Made by a program: the position numbers and the translations under genes. Shown here one piece after another: positions 53,637-63,528 of a stretch of DNA of 64,000 nucleotides (its first letter is position 1; every line of letters begins with the position of its first letter). The stretch lies in NCBI GenBank assembly GCA_963719505.1, contig CAVRCF010000005.1:1022369-1086368 (forward strand). Direction: 5' to 3'. The notes below the pieces were generated by a model that was given only the letters and a program-made list of their open reading frames with translations, made no database searches and was not told the origin of the DNA. Source of the DNA: Halobacteriovoraceae bacterium (GTDB taxonomy: Bacteria > Bdellovibrionota > Bacteriovoracia > Bacteriovoracales > Bacteriovoracaceae).

Positions 53637-55550
53637 ATGAATTATTTATTATTGATTATATTAATATTTAGTACCGCTTGCTCATTTAAAAGTGAAAATA
53701 AAAAGAAAGAAGATTCGATAACTTCAACAAGAGAGCCTCAAACGGGAATACCTGAAGATGAATTAAAGAAGCTCGACTCTGATGGTGACAAGATAAGTGA
53801 TTATGATGAAATTCAAAATGGATATGATCGTCATATAGCAAACCTACCCAAGTTAAGAGTAAATTTCCTTCAGGACTATAACATTACTGTGAATTTTGAT
53901 AATGAAACAAATTTTGTTATGGATACAAAGATTGCCCGAGATAATCCAGACTTTAAGTATCGAGTTGGTAATTTATTTTTAAAAGAAAACTCATACGATA
54001 ATGCAGCAAAGCTGGGCCGGTTCTCTGGTGTGTCATGGGGAGAAATTAAACAACAGGACTTCACATGGATAAAATATCCTGAGATCGACAAAGATTTTTA
54101 TTTTAAAAAAGCACGAGAATATCGATATTGGTCAAAAAGTAATATTAAAGACTCTACGATCTCACTAGAAAACACTCTTAAGTTAATGGAATCACCACTT
54201 TTTGAAAGTATCGAAGAAGTCGAATTAAACTTTTACTATTATAGTTACTCAAAAGAATCTTATGTATTACTGCATACTGAAAAACTCGATCGTGTATTTC
54301 AGTCAGGAACAAGAGAAGATTTCCAAATCAAAATTATGAATCCTCCAGCAGAGTTAATTGAAGATACATATTTTCGTCATGGGGAGTTTATTATTTCAGA
54401 AGTTAAGGACTTTTTTATTCCTAGTATGAAAATGAAGTATTCTGATCTACTTGCATCTGTAAAGGCTAAAACAATTCCGATCTATAAGACGACTCCGTTT
54501 GAGTTTGATTTAAACTATGTTGCAATCAAACAGAATGGAGAAAAGTTCATTGATATCTTAACTAAACTCTACTCAGATAAATTCACAGTCTCTGAAGATA
54601 GTTTAACGCAAGTTGAGCAATTCACAACAAACCTCCCCGACTACTCGTATCTTCATGAAGTAAACAAAGAAGATAAACTCGGTAAGTGGTTTATTATGAC
54701 AAATAAAATCAAAGATCATTATTTGAAACATAACTTCACAGCAAATGATGCAATTACTTTATCCTATTTAACTGGAACTGAGTTATCAAAAAGAGTTGAT
54801 GAGAAAGTGTACTCTTTTTCAAAAGAGGTTAAAAGTAAAGATAACGGAAAACTCTATGCTCTAGGGAATATAACCAATAATAGTGAAATGGAGATTTCAA
54901 TCTTTCTAAATGAACTTGAAGGTGTAGAGCTCAACGTAAAAGATGGACGTTTTGCATATCGCCCGCCTAATTGTAGGAATTGTACTGGTACTAACTGGTC
55001 TGTTTCATCTGAATTTCAAATCAACTCCTTTTCAAACTTTAATCGTCAATGGTTTGTACAAAATATTGATGAAGCAAAATCTTCTTTTGAGATACTCATT
55101 AATAACAAAGTTTTAAATCTAGAAGAGCTAATTGCCTTAAACCATCTAACTTTAGAGTTTAAAGGAGATGAATCCTACAAGTATCTCCATATAGTTCTAA
55201 AAGATCTACACGAGCTAGAAGTTATTGAAGCAGGAAAAGAAAACGTCGCTTTTATAAGAATGCTTCCTATTAAAGTTGGTGAGATTGGAGAAGGTGTCCA
55301 GATCAATTCTATGGGAGGTCACAACATAGATAAAGTCTTTCATGCTGGATTAATTTGTCTTCAAGAGTCTGCAAAGAGAAAGGTTCCTTTAGCAGTAACA
55401 AGTTGGAAGTTTGAAGACTGGCAGAAAAAAGTTCCTTGGGGACAACCTGATCGAAGAACAGGCTACAAACCATCAAAAGGCCAATTAAAGAAATACTGGA
55501 CTGGAACGATTGTAGATCTAATTTCAACGATAACTAACAACTATAACTAG
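53637..55550 (+). CDS. Large lipoprotein of unknown function, first big gene of the T4SS operon
   Basis: Lipobox IFSTAC. Calcium-binding-like LDSDGDKISDYDEIQNGYD near the N-terminus. No other family recognised. Confidence 0.55.
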   Translation: MNYLLLIILIFSTACSFKSENKKKEDSITSTREPQTGIPEDELKKLDSDGDKISDYDEIQNGYDRHIANLPKLRVNFLQDYNITVNFDNETNFVMDTKIARDNPDFKYRVGNLFLKENSYDNAAKLGRFSGVSWGEIKQQDFTWIKYPEIDKDFYFKKAREYRYWSKSNIKDSTISLENTLKLMESPLFESIEEVELNFYYYSYSKESYVLLHTEKLDRVFQSGTREDFQIKIMNPPAELIEDTYFRHGEFIISEVKDFFIPSMKMKYSDLLASVKAKTIPIYKTTPFEFDLNYVAIKQNGEKFIDILTKLYSDKFTVSEDSLTQVEQFTTNLPDYSYLHEVNKEDKLGKWFIMTNKIKDHYLKHNFTANDAITLSYLTGTELSKRVDEKVYSFSKEVKSKDNGKLYALGNITNNSEMEISIFLNELEGVELNVKDGRFAYRPPNCRNCTGTNWSVSSEFQINSFSNFNRQWFVQNIDEAKSSFEILINNKVLNLEELIALNHLTLEFKGDESYKYLHIVLKDLHELEVIEAGKENVAFIRMLPIKVGEIGEGVQINSMGGHNIDKVFHAGLICLQESAKRKVPLAVTSWKFEDWQKKVPWGQPDRRTGYKPSKGQLKKYWTGTIVDLISTITNNYN

Positions 55551-55558
55551 GAGAAAAG

Positions 55559-55816
55559 ATGGCTTTGCTCATAAGTATATATTTATTTTTTTCACAAAAT
55601 GTATTTGCTCGAAGCCTAAAGGCTACAGCAGATAAGCTAGCGCAAGAAACTAACAGAATCGGACTTGGAGTTGCTCTATTTGGACTATGCTTGGCAGGGA
55701 TATATTTCATGCTAGGAAAGCAAGATGCATCAGCAAAAATGACACAAGTTTTAATGGGGATTGGAATAGTGATTTTAGGCCCAAGTATTCTAACTTTTAT
55801 CAAAGGATTAGCATAA
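55559..55816 (+). CDS. VirB2/TrbC-like pilin
   Basis: 85 aa with a long signal peptide and two hydrophobic helices (GLGVALFGLCLAGIYFML, VLMGIGIVILGPSILTFI). Sits directly before the VirB3/VirB4-like genes. Confidence 0.55.
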   Translation: MALLISIYLFFSQNVFARSLKATADKLAQETNRIGLGVALFGLCLAGIYFMLGKQDASAKMTQVLMGIGIVILGPSILTFIKGLA

Positions 55817-56067
55817 TGGAACGATTTCCAAAATTCTTAAGTACAAATCCAGTGATTTATGGACTGAGTTTCTATGAGATCGGAGCATTAGTATTAGCTC
55901 TATACATTGCAATGATACTAAATCTTTCCTCTTTTCACAGTTTGATAATTTGTTTGGGATTTATCATTGTTATCAAATTCATTAAAAAGAACTTTGACCT
56001 AAAAGGCTTTTTATCTAAAAAATCTAATCAAATGGATTTAACACAATTTAAAGGTGGTCGAAAATGA
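55816..56067 (+). CDS. VirB3/TrbD-like small membrane protein
   Basis: ATG 55816 overlaps the pilin stop (ATAATG). 83 aa with a hydrophobic hairpin. The track ORF starts further upstream at 55687. Confidence 0.5.
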   Translation: MERFPKFLSTNPVIYGLSFYEIGALVLALYIAMILNLSSFHSLIICLGFIIVIKFIKKNFDLKGFLSKKSNQMDLTQFKGGRK

Positions 56068-57938
56068 TTCCTTTATATCATGTAAATGGACACGAATTGA
56101 TTTCATTAAGTGGTAAAGTTAGTTCTTTTTATAAAATCACTCCCTCAGATATTGAGGGGGTGACTAATTCAAAAAGCGAAAAAATATTTACTGATATTGA
56201 AAAAGACATCATTAACTGTAATGGAGAGATAAAGTTCTACTGGATAGAAGGAAAAGTATATGTAAATTCATTCTCAGACTTTAAAATCAGTCAAGGTATT
56301 CAAAAACCATCAACAACACCATTAGAAGACTTTTTTGGTACGTATCCACAGGAAGTTAACTTTCACGAAAATTACTTAACTTGTGGAACTGATTTTGTAA
56401 GACTGTTTTCAGTTAAAGAGTTTCCTACCTTCATTGAAAAGCTAGATACCCTATCATGGCCTGATTTTGTTCTTCACATTAGAAAGCAAGAATCAAATAA
56501 AGCAAAAGGAATCATTAACTTCAGAAGGAAGTTGCACTACTCAAGTCTATTTAAGGGAATGAAAGATATAGATTCTGAGAATGCTTATGAAGAAGCCGAG
56601 ACTATGCTCCAAAATCTTTCTCATGGTGAGATTGCGTTACTTGATATTGAATGTTTTATTATTTTAAAGGCGAAAGATAAAATTGAATTAGATCAAAAAT
56701 CAAAAGACTTAGTTCATGAATTTAAAAGCGTAGATTCATTATTATTTCAAGAGGAAAAAGGACTTTCATTCTTTTTCCAAAGTTTAATTCCTGGAGTTGA
56801 ACCTAGTTTTAAGAGGTCGCAACTATGCTCATCAAACTATATCAGTAAAATGCTTCCATTTCATATAGATTTTATTCATGATGGTGGTTTGAAGTTAACA
56901 GCAAGAAGTCATAAAGAGCTATACTGGGATCTTTTCAATCCAACATCTATTAATTATAATGTTTTAATAACTGGTACATCAGGACAGGGTAAGTCAATGA
57001 TGGCCAATAAAATACTTAAATATGAACTTGGAAAAGGAACTAAGGCAGTTGTCCTTGATCTTGGAAATAGTTTTTATAAAACAACTAAGTATTATCACGG
57101 TGAAGTCTTATCTCATAAGTTTAATCCACTTCAATTTAAAAACCCTACTTACTTAAAAGAATTTGTACTATCTGTAATTGAAGATAAAACAACAAAAATG
57201 GAAGAAGGTAGGCTATTTTCTGTAATTCAAGATATTTTGGAATTGAAAATTATAAATTTCGATCATTTTCTAATTGAACTTGAAAAAGAATTTGAAGGAA
57301 TTAGTTTTTATTTCTCAGAGATTAAAGAATACTTCTCCGATGAAGATATTCAACTAAATGATTTAACGTATTGTGATTTCTCAGATTATCCAGAAGCTAT
57401 GAAAGCTCCTTTGATCATATATCTAATTGAGTATTTTAAAAACTTAGAAGGCAAAAAAGTCTTTGTTTTTGATGAATGTTGGCATCTTTTAAACAAGAAT
57501 GCTGACTATATTGCTGAATGTTTCAGAACATTTAGAAAACATCATGCGAGTGCAATTGCCATTTCTCAAAATTTAGATGATTTTTCAATAACACAACTCG
57601 GTAGAGTCATTATTCAAAACACACATTGGAAACTCCTTTTCAGGCAAAGCTTATCTGAATCTGAGTTTATAGATTATCAGTCAATTGAGTTGCTAGAGAG
57701 TATTTATTCAAAAAAAGGGGCATACAGTGAATTCTTATTACTTTCAGAAGGTATTAAAAAGCCTATTCGTTACTATCCTACTCATCTGGAGTACGAGTTA
57801 TTTAATACAAACAAAGATGAATCCATCAAGTTCAATACTTACTTGGTTGAAAACAACAAGTACCTCTCTTTCACAGAGTGTATAGAAAACTATTGTAAGC
57901 TCAAAAATCCTTTTTGGGAGTTTACTAATGAAGATTAA
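56064..57938 (+). CDS. virB4: VirB4/TrbE-family T4SS ATPase (short, 624 aa)
   Basis: Walker A ITGTSGQGKSMM and Walker B VFVFDECWHLL. ATGA overlap with the upstream gene. Confidence 0.85.
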   Translation: MIPLYHVNGHELISLSGKVSSFYKITPSDIEGVTNSKSEKIFTDIEKDIINCNGEIKFYWIEGKVYVNSFSDFKISQGIQKPSTTPLEDFFGTYPQEVNFHENYLTCGTDFVRLFSVKEFPTFIEKLDTLSWPDFVLHIRKQESNKAKGIINFRRKLHYSSLFKGMKDIDSENAYEEAETMLQNLSHGEIALLDIECFIILKAKDKIELDQKSKDLVHEFKSVDSLLFQEEKGLSFFFQSLIPGVEPSFKRSQLCSSNYISKMLPFHIDFIHDGGLKLTARSHKELYWDLFNPTSINYNVLITGTSGQGKSMMANKILKYELGKGTKAVVLDLGNSFYKTTKYYHGEVLSHKFNPLQFKNPTYLKEFVLSVIEDKTTKMEEGRLFSVIQDILELKIINFDHFLIELEKEFEGISFYFSEIKEYFSDEDIQLNDLTYCDFSDYPEAMKAPLIIYLIEYFKNLEGKKVFVFDECWHLLNKNADYIAECFRTFRKHHASAIAISQNLDDFSITQLGRVIIQNTHWKLLFRQSLSESEFIDYQSIELLESIYSKKGAYSEFLLLSEGIKKPIRYYPTHLEYELFNTNKDESIKFNTYLVENNKYLSFTECIENYCKLKNPFWEFTNED

Positions 57939-58590
57939 ATTAACTGCAAGTGTTCTAGCGCTATCTTTATCAATGCCTGTTTATTCTTCTATGTTTGGAG
58001 AGGAAACTGCGGTTCTAATTGAAATTGCCTCTACAACTGCAAGTCAGCTAAATGAGCTGGAACAACTTGTAACAAATACACAGAAATATACAAAAAAGAT
58101 GCAAGAGTACAATGAACTAATGATGGATCACTATTGGCGAGCTGAAAGAATACTTTTTGTAGCTGAATCATTGGCAGCAAAAAAAGAAGCTAAAAACCTC
58201 GGGGATCTTAATTGGGCCATAAGAGAACTAAAATACTCAATGGCAGAACTAAAAGGTCTCATGAATGAGTATAAAGACATTAAAAACGAAGAAGATAGGA
58301 CAAAGTTTCTAGTTAAAAGACAAAAGAAGATAAACGAAAAAAAAGGAAAACTTGCAGAACATCAGATCAAATCAGCAAAAGATGCAAGCACTACAGGAAG
58401 AGCGACGCAAGTAACTGCTCAAAATACAGCTTTGATTTATGAGCAGAATGTAGAGATGCATAATACTCAGTTAGAGATTTTAGAAAAAATGTCCACTAGT
58501 AATCGACTGCAAGCTGAACAACTAGAAGAAAAAAGACTGGAGCAAATACAAAAGCAAAAGTTTTACGGAATTGATAAGGATAAAAAATGA
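57928..58590 (+). CDS. Secreted coiled-coil protein in the VirB5/TrbJ position
   Basis: Signal peptide followed by heptad-rich Q/E/K sequence. The call rests on gene order. Confidence 0.4.
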   Translation: MKIKLTASVLALSLSMPVYSSMFGEETAVLIEIASTTASQLNELEQLVTNTQKYTKKMQEYNELMMDHYWRAERILFVAESLAAKKEAKNLGDLNWAIRELKYSMAELKGLMNEYKDIKNEEDRTKFLVKRQKKINEKKGKLAEHQIKSAKDASTTGRATQVTAQNTALIYEQNVEMHNTQLEILEKMSTSNRLQAEQLEEKRLEQIQKQKFYGIDKDKK

Positions 58591-59936
58591 TTAATATTCT
58601 AAAAGATATGCTTTTAATTGAAGATCAAAGTGTATTTAGATTGTACGAAGAGCTTATTAAGATCACTAATTACTTTATAGCTCCTGTTTTTACAATTTCA
58701 TTAATTCTAGAGTTTTTTGGAGAGATGAATTTTGCAGAGCCTGTTAAAAAATTATTTCTTGTTGTTATATTTATGGGTGCATTTTACAGCTTCCACACAG
58801 AAGCGACCAAAATTGCATTAGAAAGTGCGAGTATAACTCTAAAAAAAGTAAGTCCTACGAATTTGTTTGTAAAAAAATGGACTCAGATCAAAGTTCAAAC
58901 CAAAGAAAAAAAAGGATGGGATTCATTAAAGAGTATATTAATTCCGAATATCAATGATGTTATTGCGACTACATTTTTTATGCTTGCAAAAATATTCATA
59001 TGGCTTTTAAAGTTAATATATTCGAGCGTATATCATCTTACTTATGTATTTGCTGGTTTTACAGCAATACTCTACTTTCTGGGATGGACTAAAGACGCTT
59101 TAAAAGGAACTATTCAAGCAAGTATTTGGTGCATGGCCATGCCGTTTGTTATTGTTGCGATACTTTCTTTAGTTGGTAACAGTATCCAAACAAGTGCTTT
59201 AAATGGAGAATTACTGATTGCCAAAATAGATTCCATTATATGGCTGTTTGGGGTGACTCTTCTTTTACTTATAAGTCCTCTTATTACCTATGGAATGGTT
59301 CGTGGAGATGGAATTCATTCGTTTGGTTCTAAGATGGGGTCAATGGTAGTCAGCTCAGGCCTAAAAGCAATGGCACTATATCCAATGCTAGCAACAACAT
59401 TTAAAGGTGCAACTCGCAGTTTTGGTAAATCTGGAGCTAATTCATTCTTAGAGCCTCCAATTAAAGACTTACTAAAAAAAGACTTAGCTCCAGATAATAA
59501 AAGTCTAAAACTTGTTGAGAGCAAGGGGAAAATAAAATCTCCTTTCACTCAGGGCCGACCACTCGATCAAAGGCTAAAATCAGTTGGTTTAACAAAAGAT
59601 GATGCTATTAAGCTATCAAAGATAAATTCAACCACACAGCAAACGAATCAGACTTCAAACAAGTCAAAACAATCACAAGCGTTTAAGAAAAGCCCAATGA
59701 GTAAGAATCAACCCAAGATGGGAGAATTAAAACCTATTAAAGATTCTAGTACTCAAGCAGACCCATTCGTAAGATTACGAAAACAAAATTTTAAATTTAA
59801 CGAAAAATACTGGAATGGAATTAATCCTCATAAAGCACAGGCCATTAAGAAAAAGTACGGCATTCGTGGCACAAATGTTGATCCCAATAAAGTACATAGA
59901 CCTGTTAAAAACAATAATTTAAGAAAGGAGAAATAG
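58587..59936 (+). CDS. VirB6/TrbL-like polytopic membrane protein with a hydrophilic tail
   Basis: At least five hydrophobic helices, then a Lys/Ser/Gln-rich C-terminal tail. The call rests on gene order. Confidence 0.5.
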   Translation: MINILKDMLLIEDQSVFRLYEELIKITNYFIAPVFTISLILEFFGEMNFAEPVKKLFLVVIFMGAFYSFHTEATKIALESASITLKKVSPTNLFVKKWTQIKVQTKEKKGWDSLKSILIPNINDVIATTFFMLAKIFIWLLKLIYSSVYHLTYVFAGFTAILYFLGWTKDALKGTIQASIWCMAMPFVIVAILSLVGNSIQTSALNGELLIAKIDSIIWLFGVTLLLLISPLITYGMVRGDGIHSFGSKMGSMVVSSGLKAMALYPMLATTFKGATRSFGKSGANSFLEPPIKDLLKKDLAPDNKSLKLVESKGKIKSPFTQGRPLDQRLKSVGLTKDDAIKLSKINSTTQQTNQTSNKSKQSQAFKKSPMSKNQPKMGELKPIKDSSTQADPFVRLRKQNFKFNEKYWNGINPHKAQAIKKKYGIRGTNVDPNKVHRPVKNNNLRKEK

Positions 59937-59938
59937 AT

Positions 59939-60388
59939 ATGGATTTTGATAGCTACAAAGCATCCTACTTAAAAGAGAATAAAAAACTTAAAGTCGCATT
60001 AGCAATTACTCTTATTGTCACATCACTAACGACATTAAGTGTTTTTCTTCAACAAAAGCATTATCTTTACAAAGGAAAAGCAATATTTGAGGAAAGACTT
60101 TTATCTGTAGAAGTTTGTCGTATTGGATTTGAAAGTTTAGCAAGTAATGAGCCAAATTCTTATGTGATAACGGACGGAATTTTAGATTTAGTTAACAAAT
60201 CCCCTTTTTCACTCATTATAGATAAAATACTCAAGCTAGAATCGCTGGAAGAGAAGTCTTGTAAAATTATTCTAAAATCAGAGGGTAAGTTACTAGCATT
60301 CAAGATCAACTTAGAAGAGAGCATCTTTTATCCATTTCATTATAAAATCATTCAACTAGACGAGCTTGCAATCAAAGAGGAACTATAA
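59939..60388 (+). CDS. VirB8/TrbF-position bitopic protein (149 aa)
   Basis: A single N-terminal TM (VALAITLIVTSLTTLSVFL). The call rests on position only. Confidence 0.35.
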   Translation: MDFDSYKASYLKENKKLKVALAITLIVTSLTTLSVFLQQKHYLYKGKAIFEERLLSVEVCRIGFESLASNEPNSYVITDGILDLVNKSPFSLIIDKILKLESLEEKSCKIILKSEGKLLAFKINLEESIFYPFHYKIIQLDELAIKEEL

Positions 60389-60858
60389 TGATGTTCTATA
60401 TTTTAATGAATCAGATTACCACATTGTTTTTAAGTCTTAATCTTCTGACTACTCTCAGTTTCGATTCTGAAATTGTGAGTTATTTATATGGTGGGGGTAA
60501 AGAAGAAGTGTTTTTTCAAGTTACAAATAATAATAGAACTTTGGCATTAAAGCCTCTCATGGATGGAAATTACTCCAATTTACTCGTTATTACTAAAGAG
60601 AGAAAATACTATTTTGACTTAAGGCAGTCTTCAAATATTCCACATCAATTTATAGAAATAAAAGATGGAATTGGAAGCCATGCACTTACAAAAAAAATCA
60701 AAACCGATAAGTACGAAATACTTGAAGGACAATCTTCAATTCTATTTATTAATAACTCTGAAAATGAAGTTGGGGTGAACTCTATCAAAGTAAAAAAAAG
60801 AGAGTACTTCTCAAAAGGAGTACCCATTCTACTAAATGGAAAACGCATTCTTAACTAA
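60388..60858 (+). CDS. VirB9/TrbG-position secreted protein (156 aa)
   Basis: Signal peptide. The KYYFDL strand motif is reminiscent of VirB9/TrbG. Much shorter than canonical homologs. Confidence 0.35.
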   Translation: MMFYILMNQITTLFLSLNLLTTLSFDSEIVSYLYGGGKEEVFFQVTNNNRTLALKPLMDGNYSNLLVITKERKYYFDLRQSSNIPHQFIEIKDGIGSHALTKKIKTDKYEILEGQSSILFINNSENEVGVNSIKVKKREYFSKGVPILLNGKRILN

Positions 60859-60878
60859 GTAACAAAAAAGGCATTTAT

Positions 60879-61637
60879 ATGAAATTTTTAACAATTATTT
60901 TAATTGTCATGGGTAGTTTTACTCAAAATACAGAGTTATGGGCAAAAGAGCCAAGGATAACCATGCTTAAAAAGAAAGAATTAAAAAAAACTGTTTCAAT
61001 AAAAAGGAGAACTAAGAATGATTTACTTGAAAACCTTATTCAGAACAACAAAAGACTCAATGAATTACTTAAATCAAGGACGACTTTACCTGTTATTTGG
61101 GAAGGACAAAAGACAATCCTCACAGGAAAAACATACCGTGGTACTCTTCTAAACACAATTGTATCAACCAATCAAGCAAGTCCTGTTTTAGTAAGAGCCC
61201 ATCTTAATCAAGGTCTCCCCTATAACAGTAAATTTTCTTGTCAGGCCATAACCCAAAACAAGCGAGTATTTTGTATTTGTAATAAGTTGATTACTAGCGA
61301 CAAAGAAATACAGATATCAGCACAACTACTAAATATTGATGGTTCAAGTGGCCTTCAAGGGATTTATGAAGATGGTAAAGAAGATCTAATAACTGGTGCA
61401 ATTATTAGTGACTTTTCTCAAGGGATGCTATCAGCAGCACAAAACAGAGTAACAACTCCTTTTGGAACGATACAAGACGGCTCACTAAAAAATCAATTGC
61501 TACAAGGTGCAATAAATTCAGCAGGAACAACATCTAAAATATTGCTAGAAGAAATAAAATCAACGATTCCAATCGTCACAATTGAAGCTGGCACTGAAAT
61601 ATTGATCTACTTCATGGAGGCTTTAAATGAAAATTAA
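60879..61637 (+). CDS. VirB10/TrbI-like protein (252 aa)
   Basis: N-terminal TM or signal. C-terminal beta-rich region ending IPIVTIEAGTEILIYF, like the VirB10 C-terminal barrel. Confidence 0.45.
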   Translation: MKFLTIILIVMGSFTQNTELWAKEPRITMLKKKELKKTVSIKRRTKNDLLENLIQNNKRLNELLKSRTTLPVIWEGQKTILTGKTYRGTLLNTIVSTNQASPVLVRAHLNQGLPYNSKFSCQAITQNKRVFCICNKLITSDKEIQISAQLLNIDGSSGLQGIYEDGKEDLITGAIISDFSQGMLSAAQNRVTTPFGTIQDGSLKNQLLQGAINSAGTTSKILLEEIKSTIPIVTIEAGTEILIYFMEALNEN

Positions 61638-62133
61638 CATTTTATTAATTCTACTTTTTTGCTCATCTTGCTCTACCTTAAAAAAATCGGTTGCCAGCGG
61701 CACTTTAATCGGTGGTTTAGTGGGAGGAACAGGAGGTGCTGTGTTTTCCCCTGATGAAGAGTCGACAAATAAGAATGCTTATCTAGGCGGTGTTATTGGT
61801 GCTCTGGCAGGAGCAGGAATAGCTTACTTAATGCACGACTCACCTAAAAAGAAAGTAAAAGAATCAATGTTATTAGATCAACCAATGCAAAATCACAAGG
61901 AGGTTCCTTTATTTGATTTCTCCCCAGAATTAAAAAACATTAAACCAGAAGTAAACTTCAAACCAATTAAAAAGTACGAAGTACCACTAGAAAAGTTACC
62001 AAAAGAGCTTGAGGGAAAGGTAAAAAAACAATTTATTCTCGAATATCAGTCGGAAGCTCAAACAATTGAGGTCGGCAATAGAACAATTCAAATAAGTCCT
62101 TTTAAGGCATGGGAGCATATTTATGAACAATAA
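61627..62133 (+). CDS. Glycine-zipper lipoprotein (VirB7/TraV-like role)
   Basis: Lipobox LFCSSC. GTLIGGLVGGTGGAVF and GGVIGALAGAGIAY. Confidence 0.45.
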   Translation: MKINILLILLFCSSCSTLKKSVASGTLIGGLVGGTGGAVFSPDEESTNKNAYLGGVIGALAGAGIAYLMHDSPKKKVKESMLLDQPMQNHKEVPLFDFSPELKNIKPEVNFKPIKKYEVPLEKLPKELEGKVKKQFILEYQSEAQTIEVGNRTIQISPFKAWEHIYEQ

Positions 62134-63502
62134 GAAACAATCACCTCAACTTGATATTTTTTCACCTATTTATGAAATCTTTCATGAACTATGTTTGTTG
62201 ATAGCTGAACTGGGAAAAGAATTCATTAAGTGGGTCTTTAAAAAAATGTTTAGTAAAAATCTTGTTTTGGAGAAGATTGATAGAAAGGCTTTAAATGTCA
62301 AGAAGACAACGGATCTTGAAGATTCATTAGGAATAGATACTAAAAACCGTAAAGATTTCCTTTTAGATGAAATCGACTTTAGACGTCACAGTTTTATTGT
62401 TGGTGCATCAGGTTTTGGTAAAACAAACCTTATGAGTATTCTCCAAGAACACACATTAAGAAAGAATAAACCCATTATCTTTTTTGATCCAAAAGGAGAT
62501 ATGGAAGCACTTAACACATTTAAAGAAATTTGTGAGAGGTATAAAAAGCCCTGCTATATTTTCTCTGAGCACTACCATGATTCGATTTCACTCAATCCTG
62601 TTCTTGAAGGTACAGTAAACCAAGTTACAGATCGAATAATGAGGGCATTTGAATGGTCAGAGCCTTATTACCGAGATGCCTCTAGAAGAAGCTTAACAAA
62701 ATCACTAAAGATTTTAGAAGCATCTGATCAAGCCTTTACCCTACAAGCAATCTTTGAAGAACTTGAAAAGATGGAAAGTAAGGAAAATATAGGACTCATA
62801 GCAAAGATAGAAGCAATTTTAGAATCTGATTTTGGAAAGATCTTAAACTCTGACAATGAAGGCCTTACCCTTTCAAAAGTTCGTGAAGAGAGAGCATGTC
62901 TTTACATTGGTCTATCTACTCAAGGCTATGGAGAAACAGCAATGGCGGTAGGCAAACTCTTTTTAGGGGAACTTCTTTATAACTCTTATAAAACACTCAG
63001 TGATGAAAAAGATCCCAGGGCAGGACTTAAAAATCCAATTAGTGTGTATTTTGATGAGTTTGGCTCTTTAGTAACTCCAGAATTCATAGAGCTTCAAAAT
63101 AAATGTAGAGGTGCTGGTATTGAATTAACTCTTGCAGTTCAAACAGCCTCAGATATAGATCGAATTAATTCTGATCTTACAAAGCAAATAGTAGAGAATT
63201 CGGGCAACTTATTTATTCTAAAGCAAAGACTAGATGAGTCAGCTTCATTCTTTGCTAATGCCATTGGAACAATTCTTTCAAAGAAAGAAACACTTATGAT
63301 GGAAGATGGCGAGCTTCAAAATAGAGGAAGCATTAGAGAAGTTAATGAGCTTCTTGTGCATCCAGATATCATAAAAAATTTAACAATAGGACAAGCAGTT
63401 CTCTTAAGACAAGGTCCTACAAGATTAAATTTAATCAATGTACGAAACAGGAGTATGGACGACTTAAAAAAGTTAAATGAGCTTATCAATAAAAATAAAT
63501 AA
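62123..63502 (+). CDS. Type IV coupling protein-like ATPase (VirD4/TraD/TrwB family, short)
   Basis: Walker A IVGASGFGKTNLM and Walker B ISVYFDEFGSL. LTLAVQTASDI is also seen. No clear pair of N-terminal TM helices. Confidence 0.7.
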   Translation: MNNKKQSPQLDIFSPIYEIFHELCLLIAELGKEFIKWVFKKMFSKNLVLEKIDRKALNVKKTTDLEDSLGIDTKNRKDFLLDEIDFRRHSFIVGASGFGKTNLMSILQEHTLRKNKPIIFFDPKGDMEALNTFKEICERYKKPCYIFSEHYHDSISLNPVLEGTVNQVTDRIMRAFEWSEPYYRDASRRSLTKSLKILEASDQAFTLQAIFEELEKMESKENIGLIAKIEAILESDFGKILNSDNEGLTLSKVREERACLYIGLSTQGYGETAMAVGKLFLGELLYNSYKTLSDEKDPRAGLKNPISVYFDEFGSLVTPEFIELQNKCRGAGIELTLAVQTASDIDRINSDLTKQIVENSGNLFILKQRLDESASFFANAIGTILSKKETLMMEDGELQNRGSIREVNELLVHPDIIKNLTIGQAVLLRQGPTRLNLINVRNRSMDDLKKLNELINKNK

Positions 63503-63528
63503 TAAGCATAAAAGTTTAAGGAGAAGCA

